64,000 nt of DNA from Antedon mediterranea (lineage: Eukaryota > Animalia > Echinodermata). Within the stretch, counting starts at the first letter, position 1, and the number at the start of each line of letters is the position of its first letter. The stretch spans positions 36,776,304-36,840,303 of the forward strand of contig NC_092671.1 in assembly GCF_964355755.1 (NCBI RefSeq), read 5' to 3'. Below the pieces are notes generated by a model. That model had not been told where the DNA came from. It did not search any database and was given only the letters and a program-made list of their open reading frames with translations. Positions 39,728 to 51,700 of this stretch are shown here, in pieces. The position numbers and the translations under genes are program-made.

Positions 39728-42700
39728 CTGAAAAATAATGTATCAAGTTTTAACCAATATTTTTACTGAAATTTCCCTTTTTTAGGAATTTAATCAAAAG
39801 TGGTAAAAAAAGGACATTTTAAAGATAAGTGCTTGTTAGAAATACGGCACTTTAGTAACGAAAAAAAGTTAGGAGAAAAGTCTACAAAAGTTGAGGATAA
39901 ACTTGTGAATTGCCAGCACTAAACTCTGTTTACACTATCAAACTATAGTGTGATGTGCCCAAATATGGTAGTGATATGCTCAATTATGGTAGTGTATGAC
40001 ATCATCATGTACATATATAGGCACATCACATTTTTTGTGATAGTATAGACAGAGCTTTAGAAATATTCCAAAAATGATATATTGAGAAATAATAATTGTA
40101 TAATATATTCACCGTTGTTTGAATTTCCGTCTTCTACAATTGGCACTTTGTTAGGCTTATCATTGCCTGCCAGTGTTGTTAGTCCAAATGCCTTCATTGT
40201 TGGTTCAACTAGAAAAGAGAAAACAGAGGATTTACTTTTTACTTTAACAGTCAGTTGATTTTATTATATGTGCATTTAATAATATCTATAAAAATGATAG
40301 TGGAAAGAATGATTCATAATTTACCTATTATGGTATTCACAATTTATCTATGTGACATTCAAAATTTACGGTACACCACGTATATTAGTTCTGAAGAGAA
40401 CTGTTAATATACAAATAATGAATGTTTATGAGTGCAATGGTACAAATAATGGCACGAGGTGAATGATGAAAGGTTATATCAACGAGGCAAAGCCGAGTTG
40501 ATATAACCTTTCATCATTCACCAAGTGCCATTATTTGTACCATTACACGAATACAAAACATTCATTATTTGTTTTATATAACATCTAGACGTTTTTTTTT
40601 CGTACACAAAAATGTTTCAAAAAGTACTATTTAACGATCGTTGAATAGTGCGTACTATTGCACGCCATGTGACCCACATTCGTCCAATCAAATGACAGGA
40701 ATTTATATAGGTGTTATATAATATACTTTGATCGTCCTCAGGAGTGAGAATGCTGAGGAAGATCAAAGTATATTGATCGAAACGTCGAGAAACTCAACAG
40801 TTCCCTTCAGAACTAATATATGTGGTGTACCGCAAACTTTATATCAACATTTGATTTCACCATGCAAACCTTCAAACAATATATTCACAATTTACCTATG
40901 ACATCCACTATTAACTATATGACATCCACAATTTACCTATATTATGTGAATTCCACGACAAAATGAGCAAAACACTATACTGCTATAGTGTAGCACAAAA
41001 TAGTCAAGTCCTAAATAGCATGCCTACATTGTGTGTGTAGTAAGACCGCATAAACCCTCACCACTGGTGTCACTCCATCAAGGGGCAAAGGTTTTGTTCA
41101 ATGTTTACACAATGATAACTATAATATTGATAGCTTTTATTTGCTGTTTTTACTACAATCAATGATTGGACATTCACCTTAGGTTTATTAACAATTTGAT
41201 AGGTACTAAATGTGTCAATGAGCTATGTTAAGTTTTATACAAATAATAATATGAATAGTGAGGGTAACGATATATTGTCCCAAAAAAAAAAACATGAAAA
41301 GATAATTTATTAATTAAGATAATTTTTAAAATCACGACATTTTGTAGTTAATCACTTCCATAGAAAAAAAAACCAAAAAAATAATGTTTTCACTTAATAA
41401 ATGACAAAATAAACAGTTAAATTCAACCAAAACACATTGGCTGGCAGCCAATTTGATTATTTTTTGCTTTAAATTACAGTTTTTATCCAACATTTTTTCA
41501 GGTAAATAATTTAGTTTTTCGGTCCAATTTTTGGTCAAAGTGAATAAACTATAATGTGACATCAAAATGGCATATTCAACAAATTTTTTTGTAGGGGGAC
41601 AATATATCTTTAATTGAATCTATTAAAAAATATATATACAGTACTTAAAGACCCCTTCCCTGCAATTTTGGACGTTTTTTGGAAAATAATACATATATAT
41701 CACTTTAAAAACATTAAACCATGTCATTTCTTGTCTTAAATGTACGTTTTATGGTAAATTATGATAAAAAGTGAGAAACAATGCACTACCTAAGTAGCTC
41801 GCGGCGATCGACCTCTCGTGGACGGTCTTAGGCCTAGCCTAGCTAGGCTTAGTTTTGTAGGCCTAGCTGGTAAACATCGGTAACGTACGAACATCGTACG
41901 CGAGCTATATACCTAGCCTGACGTTGTATAGTTGCTGCATTAATTGTCTTTCTATTTTTGCCAGACTCCGTTGATACAAATTGGGGAAAACCCGGTATTT
42001 TTGCTGAAAAGTTAGGAGTCTTCCATTTGTTTTGGCCTCACGATCGATCGAAAAGTGGGCGAATTACAGGTGAAAAACAAAAATATCAATCCGCGCGCAA
42101 TGCATTTTGGGATTTATAGCGGGCCGCTATAATTATTAGAATCGACTTATTTTTCACATTTTTAACAGTTTAAAGACGAAAAAAGTTATCGCAATAGGAC
42201 CATATAGTATTATTTTTACATTAAATATAGTTTGTGATCTTAAATTAGATCTAAAAAACGTAGGGAATGGGGCTTTAAGTGATACTAGCACTAGAAAGTG
42301 AGGTGCACACATGCAAAAATCAAACAAACTGTTACATAAAAATGAGCAGTACATGATCCACTAATTAATTAATGTACGAAAAAAAATACAAATAAACAAA
42401 ACACGCTACCTGTCTTTTCACCAGATTTGTCAGTTGTCATGGCAATAACTGTAGGATTACTACCTGCAACAATATTCCCAAGATGCACAAAGGTTAAAGG
42501 TGAGTTTAGAGGTCAGTTTAGTTACAAACATGAAGCTGTTATATTGGTTTTAAACAGTGAAAATGAAAACAATCACAAACAAAAATGTGCAAAAATAATA
42601 AATACTTTTGGTAGTGCTAAAGCGTGTTTCCCACTAGAACGCAGCGACGTATTGACACAAAGTCCTGTATTGCATAATCACAAGTGGGAACCGACGATGC

Positions 42701-45700
42701 AATAGTGCTGCAAACATCGCAGGTTTGAATTAACGCAGGTGGGGCAAACACAATTATTGGAAGGGCATTTTCGTATGTTAAGTAGGTTGTGTAACGTTGC
42801 GTCACTAGTGGGAACCAAGATTAATGATTGGCCTCATAGATAGGTTTTACTTACCATTGCATTGGCTAACAGTGATCAACTGATCTTCAATAAGTGTATC
42901 TGTGTAAGATGCTCCCAACAATGAAAATTTTACATCCAAGCCTAGTTCCACGTGTGTGTCGTCTTTCTTCTCAAGAGTGGCCTTAAACGACGGGTTAAGC
43001 AATCCTTTAAAAAGAAAGTTAATTAAGTTAAAGATTTATTGTCACCTAAAAAAAACAATGTTTACCAAAAAAAACATGTTTTATTGTACTCAATTTAAAA
43101 AATATATATATTTCATTTTTATTATATAGTACTAATGCTTCATTATTCTCACTAGTTCTTATCATTTTTTTGATGAAAAAAAAAACTGAGACAAGTTTAC
43201 TTCTAGGTTGGTCCTCATTTTATGCTCTGTATTAGTTGTATGGCATTTGATGAAATAAATGTTTGTTGAATTTCAATTTGATATCGCTCCTGTTGAACAG
43301 TCCCCTGAATGGTCTGGTTGATCTGATTGGGAAACTGACTAATTAGACCCAACTAAAGCTCTGTCTACACCATCCAACTAGTTTGACAAAAAAAGTGTGA
43401 TGTGCCCAAATATGGTAGTGATATGACATCATCATGTCCATATATGGGCACATTTTTTTGTCACATAAAGTTTGATAGTGTAGACAGAGCTTTAGGACGG
43501 TGCGAATTAACCTACCAGACGTTGGTAATACGAAGCTTTCTCCATGAGTTATAGTCTTTTGCCAGTCCACATCACCATCAGATTCGCTCTTAATACTCAT
43601 CCAAAGTTCAATTGGGGTCACACAATGTCGAAGGTCAAGTCGAGCTATATATCCTTTACCCTGAAATAAGTAATTTTTAAAAATCATTACTCGATTTTGT
43701 CCGTTTTTAGCAGCTATAATTTTACTAAACCGGAATTGAAATGAAATATTGTATTTATACTGGGCGACCTCTTCAGTGAAAGACTGGTCTCCCAGAGGGC
43801 CAGTTAAGATAAGTGGCTGTGATGTACTAGTACACCGGGGTAACTCCCTAATCGTCTTGAAAGATGTACTAGGTTCTTTAAAGTGCATATCAGCTAGATG
43901 TGTACACTGGACCTAGGTTTATAGTCCTTATCCGAGAAGACTTGTTCTACCACCAGAACCATGGAGCGAGTGAGCCTCGAACCCTTGCCCATGTGATGAT
44001 GGCTACGTAATTATGGTTCCACTGTCTTTAACCGCTCGGCCACTCTCTCGCAATAAATAAGGGATTAGGTTGACTTACCGAGACTAAGTCTTCACAGACT
44101 ATTCCAGTACAGTTTGCAGTCACGTTACACGTTAATGTACCAAGACCTTTTGCTGACTGTATCATGTCATGAATGATATTTGCCCACGAGGTGCATTCAT
44201 TTGAAGGAGTTGGTGTTACAGTGATCAGTGACGGTTTATTAGCTGTAGTCATGATGTTAATAGGTGGTGAAGGCGTTGTTGCTGGTTCTAATGAGATGCA
44301 TGATTGAATTAAATGCTTAAAACTCTGTCTACACTATCAAACTAGTTTAACAAAAAAGTGTGATGTGCCCAAATATGGTAGTGATATGCTTAAATATGGT
44401 AGTGATATGACATCAATATGTCCATATATATGGGCACATCACATGTTTTTTGTCACAAGTTTCAAGTCTCATAACATTTATTTACAAACTCTGACATAAA
44501 AGATAATAAAATACAATGCAAAACAAAAAAAGATATGAGGTCAGAGTTTGAAGGCAGATGCCATTGAAGATGTGGTGGGAGAGCCTAAAAAAATGAATAA
44601 AAAAAAGGAATAAATGAAAAATAAATATATAAAAATACTGTATGGAAAAGACAAGTGGGGTAAAGAAATGAATGGCTAGTATTTAGAAAAGATATAATTT
44701 TGGATTTAAAATTGAGTCTAAAATGGTGGATGGAAGATTATTCCACAGTGTGGGTTCGGACTATCTTATATTGTGTTGGAATCAGTTGGTTTTATGGATG
44801 GGTACAGACATATTGTTTTGAGATCGTGTGTGGTCGTGATCAGAGACGAATTCAAGGATAGCAGAGATGATTTGGCATGAGTCAGTTAATGCAGGAGAGC
44901 TTACAATAAGGATTAAAAAAATAAATAAAATTGTCAGATAGATAAGCTCAGGTACAGGCATGAATTTTAAATATAATATTTGGTCAATTGTACATAAATC
45001 AAATATTTGTAACGGAAATCGAGACAAAAAAACATGAATTTCTCTTAATATGGTCAAATACAAAATTTGGCAAAATTCTTCCATAAAAACCAGGAAGACT
45101 TTTTTTCAGTAGTTAGGTAGTTAACCTAATGTAATAACATGTCTGATGACTCCCTAGACGGTGAAAAAAGATGGTGGATATACAGTGGATAATTTTTGCT
45201 ATAGCATGAAAATAAAAATCTGAAATTGAATAAAAATATAAGAAATGTAATATTCAATTTATATTACCTATATTTAGTCATCTGATAACATTTTTTAACA
45301 CACCGTTTATTTTTCATAGCTTTTTAAAATGCCTCTCTATTTACAAAATTTGTGTACAAAAGAATAGAGATTTTACTGTGTAATTTGAACTATCCCCCCA
45401 CTGAAAAGAAAGTGCTTATTTTCAACAAGCTCCTGTAACACAAATAAAATCCCAAAAATTATGAAACATAGGGGAAACTAAAGATCGATAATTATTGGAA
45501 TGTATGATCAATAGAAATTTTTTGCCCGCACCTGGCCTTTAATCTTCATTATTTATTTTTATAGAAGCTAAATTGAAAGTTATTGAATAAAATAAAATAC
45601 TATTAATAGAGAGCTGCTATGCACAGTGACATGCCTGTGATAATAATAATGTCTTACTTACTGCATGGAGGAACTGGGATAGGTTGGTTATCAAGTAATT

Positions 45701-48700
45701 TCTCTTGGAATAAACACACAGGTATTCCCAAAACTTTAGGACAGCTTTTCACTATAACCTATTGAAATGTCGAATAAAAGAATTATGAATGATATTAAGA
45801 CAAAGAGGTCTGCTCATTTTTACGGCTGTTTTACTTTATTGTTTAAGTTTTTTGGTTATATGTTTATTTTGCTTATTTTTCAGTAATTTGCCTTTGAATT
45901 TATATATCATAAGAATGTAATAAATTTATATTTTAAAACTATAAAAAAAGTATAAATTCTTTATTTTGTATTGGTTTTTATTACTGTTATATTTTCTGTA
46001 TATGTGTGTATTTTAAGCATCAAGGAAAACAAATTTCATGTTCGCCGTGTTGTGGTCATGACAATAAAGATTTATCTAATCTTATATTGAAGCAGCTTTA
46101 ACATTTTTTATTTTGATTTTATCAGAAGAATGAGTTCCCCCCTCCCCCCACCCACCAATTTTTAGAATTAAACATTTGTAACACTGTTAAAAAAACAATA
46201 ATAACCGCTTTCACATAAGCGGATACATACAGAGACTAAAGAAACCGGGCGTAGATTTGTATGACTGCCGCAAAAAGTTACTTATAGAGTTCTGCGGTGT
46301 GACGTCACAACGATAGATGGTGCTGCGTGGTTGCTAGCCAACCAAAAAATGCGTTTCAACGCTACTATGTTTATAAAATATATAGATCTGTATTTCTATC
46401 AAAATTATGTATCTTAGCTTGATTTTTTTAAACTTAAACTGTAGTTGAAGAATAAATAGATTATTAAAAACAAATATTTAGTGATCTTTTCAAATTTTAC
46501 TTCAATAAGCCCATTCCAAACCATTGGTGACATTAGAGTCACTCAGGCAGGTTGAACGCATTTTTTGGTTGGCTAGCAACCACGCAGCGCCACCTACCGT
46601 CGTGACGCCCAGCGCCCTAATCAATGTGAAACCATCATGTTTCATAGAAAACCAAAAATTGCTTATTATTCTGATATGACTAAAAAACAGTTAAAGTAAG
46701 TAAAACTTTTCTAATATTTTAACAAAAACTAAAGTAATACATTACTGTGGTCATAATCGTATTTGTACTTGGATCTGGGATCATGGTAACATCTAGATCA
46801 ACAGGAGCAGGCCCTACAAATAATAAAATTGAAATAGATTTATTAAAAATTGTTAATAACCTTTCGGTGAATTGAAAGTCAATGTTTTGTTTTCACGTAA
46901 CTCCACAATCAATATGTGTGTAGCCGTGTGAAAACGAAAAAATTGCCGTTTGATATTATTTGCTGGCGCCGGACCAGAACCATGCCGGAACAGGTGTGAA
47001 AAACCCTTAAAAAGGCACAAAATAAATAGTACACTTATATATACATACCTGCAAGAATTTGGAAACTTTCTGATTGGGTAAAATTATGTGTCTCGGCAAG
47101 ACCTAAAGAGTTACTTTTAACCGTGATGTTGAAGGAGTATGGAACGCTACAAGGGTCTATCCTCAAGTCAACCAGAACATCATTTTCCTGGAAATATAAA
47201 CACTAGTGGTTAAGCATGGTTTCCACTAGAACGCAACGTCAACGCAACGCGGCGATGTATCAACCACTATATTGTGCATTCACAGGTGGCAACAAATGAT
47301 GCAACAGTGCTGCAAACATTGCTACAGGAAATCAGTTTGGAAATCAGGCATCGTACTGTACATTTTCAATTTATATTAATCAAAGTATCTTCGCAGGACA
47401 GAATAAAAATGCAAAATAGATTTAACCTTTTTTATTGGTTCGCTATTTGTTTTTGATGGATTTGATGTGGGCCACATAATATGCATTCTTAGGCCACATA
47501 TTATGCACTCTCAGGCCACATAGTATGCACTCTCAGGCCACATAGTATGCACTCTCAGGCCACATAGTATGCACTACCTACCGCTTCTGTTCCATTGCAT
47601 TGAAAGCCATTGCAGTCTTGGTGACTTCTACAAACAAAGCTGCTTGGTATTCGAGCTTGTGCTAACATATTATTCATGTCTGTACAATTACCAGCTTCAA
47701 CAGCTATAACTAAATAGACACAACATTAACTAGACTAGACCAACTAGTTATCCGCACGACAAACGCCACGTCCACGCCATACGTTGGAATATTGCACACG
47801 GAAAAAGATTATGGCATTATGACCTGAACTGAAGACTATGATATGTTGTTATTGCTGAATTCTATTATTTTGATTCATATTATAGTATACACAGTGTAAT
47901 CTGTATACATATCACATACAGTGTAGAATAGGGGAAATTACGGGACCCGCTATTTATTGCAATTTTTAACATGTTGATGGTTTTAAAATGAAACGCGAAG
48001 GTAGCAATTTTGGAAAGAAATTATCTCAGCAACAACATATTAACGTGTAGAAGAAATTTGAATACGTGAAATATTAATGCGCGCTCTTTTAAATGTAATG
48101 AACTATGACGCAAAAGATGAAAATACGACTTTTTTTATTTAACTGGCCATATGATGACGTCACCACATCCGATTGGCAAAATGTTCACATGATTTTGTAT
48201 CTACAATCCAATAGCTTCAAGAAAACGTTTTTATCGTGATTATCACATTTTATTCTTACTAGCTATAACAGATTGAAATTTACTGTAAAGATGAAATTAA
48301 TGCCACACGTAATTTAAATTTTTAGGCATGATGACGTCATAAAAATTAAAATATTTTCAACTCATGCTAAAGATAGTTCATTGACCTAGACAATATCAAA
48401 ATCGGGGTGAAAATGGAAAACGGATAAGTGGAGATGCCCTCTATTAAATGTGAGGAGTTATGACGAAAGATACAAAAATCCTAAATTTCATATTCGCGTG
48501 GCCATACGATGACGTCACAATGTCCGGTTAGCCATATTAATGCATGATCTGATATCTACAACTCATCAACATCCAGAATATGTAATAAAAATAATTTTTA
48601 CCGTTTAGTTTAGAAACTACGATTGTTTAAAAAAAGGCTTAATTTTGACGAATTTTTGAAGTTTTTCATCAAAAAAGCTCGCAAATTATCATATTCTACG

Positions 48701-51700
48701 TGCTCGTATGACGTAATTTGAAGTCGAAATTATTCAAAAGTTGGTAAAATTACTAGAAAAGGCTGGAAAAACATAAATCACTCGAAAAAATGACGTTTTT
48801 AACGCTACGTGTGCACCACGCGCGTAAAAATTTGCGCACGTGTGGGAATTTTTGACATGCTCAAAATGACATGAAACGCGTATAAAGTTGATTAGAAATT
48901 GATTTTTCGCATTGGAAAATTTTAAACGCGCGTGCGCGCGTAACTTTGTGTAAAACATGCCATTTTTAGTGCACAAAAAGTTAGCGCACGATATAAATTA
49001 GACTTTTGCTAAGTTTCAATTTAAATTGTTATATGGTTTTCGATCTATGTTAAATACGCGAAATTCATAAAAACGCGCGTAAGTCATGTTGCGCAACTCT
49101 GACGTCATTCAATTATAGGAAAGCACAACTTCACGTGATTGCCCATATGTTGACAAAGTTATAAAATGTTAACTTTACACGTTTTAGAGATACGCTCTGC
49201 ACAAAAATGACAGAAAGAAAGAAGAACTAGACATGAAACTCGTCACTTTGACGAGTTAGTTATCCGCACGACAAACGCCACGTGCACGTCATACGTTGGA
49301 ATATTGCACACAGAAAAAGATTATGGCATTATGACCTGAACTGAAGAATATGATATGTTGTTATTGCTGAATTCTGTTATTTTGTGTCATACACAGTATA
49401 ATCTGTATACATATCACATACAGTGTAGAATAGATGAAATTACGGGACCCGCTATTCCAATTTTTAATGTTGACGGTTTCAAAATGAAAAACTAAGGTAG
49501 CAATTTCGGAAGGAAATTATCTCAGCAACAACATATTAACGTGTTTAAGAAATTTGAATATGTGAAATATTGTAGCGCGCTCTTTTAAATGTAATGAAAT
49601 ATGATGCAAAAGATGAAAATACGACTTTTTTTATTTAACTGGCCATATGATGACGTCACAACATCTAATTGGCAAAATGTTCACATGAATTCGTATCTAC
49701 AATCCAATTGCTTCCTGAAAATATTTTAATCATGATTATCACGTTTTATTCTGACGAGCTATAACAGATTGAAATTTACTGTAAAGATGAAAATTAGTGA
49801 CCCAGGTTATTTACATTTTTAGACATCATGACGTCATAAAAATTAAAATAAATTTAACTCATGCGAAAGATAGTTGATTGACCTAGAAAATATAAAAATC
49901 GGGATGAAAATAAAAAACAGATAAGTGGAGATGCGCTCTATTACATGTGATGAGCTATGATGAAAGATACAAAAATCCTATATTTTATATTCGCGTGGCC
50001 ATACGATGACGTCACAATGTCCGGTTAGCCATATCAAAGCATGAACCGATATCTACAACTCATCAACTTCCAGAATATGTAATAAAAATAACTTTCACCG
50101 TTTAGTTTAGAAACTACGACAGTTTAAAAAAGGGCATGATTTTGACGAATTTTTGAACTTTTTCATCAAAAACACGCGCAAATTGTCCAATTCGACGTGC
50201 TCGTATTGACGTAATTTTAAGTCGAAATGGTTCCATATTTGGTAAAATTACTGTAAAAGGCTGGAAAAATATGATTTACGTAAAACATTGACGTATTTCA
50301 CGCTTTGTGTACACCGCGCGCGCACAAATTTGCGCATCCGTGGGAATTTTTGACATGCTTAAAATGACATGAAACGCGTAGAAAGTTGATTAGAAATAAA
50401 TTTTGCGCATTTTGAAATTTTAAATGCGCGTGCGCGCGTAACTTCTTGTAAAACATGCCATTTTTAATCCACAAAAAGTTTGCCCTTGATATAACTTAAA
50501 TTTTCACAAAGTGTAAAAAAAAAATTATGCTTGGTTTTTAATCTATGATCAATCATTGAAATTCATAAAATCGCACGTAAGTCATGTTGCGCAACTCTGA
50601 CGTATTTAAAAAATACATGCTGCACAACTTCATATAAATGTTCATATGTTGACAAAGTTATGAAATGTTATGTTAACACATTTTAGAGATACAGGAGCCA
50701 CAAAAAAGTGGAGGAAAGAAAGAAGAAAAACATAGAAATTGATCCAGTACAGTTACAAGGAGTTATCCGCTCAATGCGGATAACTAATAATGCATACAAT
50801 ATATTAATAATAATATAATACTATGCCAGGGCCGTAGCCACCAGTATGGTTGGTAAGGTTTAAACCTAACCACTTTTTGACAGAGGCCTTTGACAACCCA
50901 GTGGCTTGAAGAGAGATTGTTCCCTTTTCCTGTGGCTACATCACTGTATGCATATAATATAATAATGCATGCATTTGGGGAAACATAGATCTTTAAATGA
51001 AACACAAAAACACCAATATATATCACATTGGATAATATTTATTTAAGGTATCAATACCTCTTGGTGGATTAGGATGACTGACATCGGTAGCTCTTGTTGG
51101 TTGGTTGCTCGGCACGGTGTCACATGGCGGTGTCCTGATCACCTGATCTGTCACAAGAGGTACTGTTGTTGTTTTGCCAACAGCTGTCGTATCTAAGAAA
51201 AGCTAAGTAAACAAAAAATTAAAACATTAAAAGGTAGTTCTTTAAACTAATAAACATTACTTCTGAAGAATGACAAATTTATCATATTATTATTATAATA
51301 CTTCTCAAGTAGAAAAGCAGAGAGCAGGAGTAAATAATTAATCAGGAAGCAATAGATATATTTATTCCATAAACAAGAACACTTATGTACAATAAGTTGT
51401 AAATAATAACAGCATTCGCAATAACATTGGTCTGCCGGAAAATAACCAGTTAAATGTTTGCAGACCTGTTAAATAATCAATAATTAATAATTAATTAATT
51501 AATAATTTTCCAGTTAAAATTTCAATAAAATCTGATGAAATATCAATAATTTCACTTGATTCATCTCTTCACATCATTTCATACCTGGACTGAATGTAAA
51601 GATCGATTGTCTGTACCTCATTTTTAGTCTTTTAAGTTAATTGAAGGCCTTCCTTGAAGGGTCATATTTTGTGACCAGTAAATGAAGTGGAGAAGACCAG

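Larger units (their letters stand above)
40361..40882. mobile_element. Penelope-like inverted terminal fragment, interrupted by a foldback element
   Basis: 40361-40405 plus 40720-40741 is the reverse complement of 40753-40840; hammerhead-like core; PLE-like tail CACCATGCAAACCTTCAAACAATAT. Confidence 0.65.

Noticed and set aside
43343-43888. 181-aa ORF as a stand-alone gene
   Set aside because: A chimera of SINE, exon 11 and MITE; only 43660-43516 is coding.
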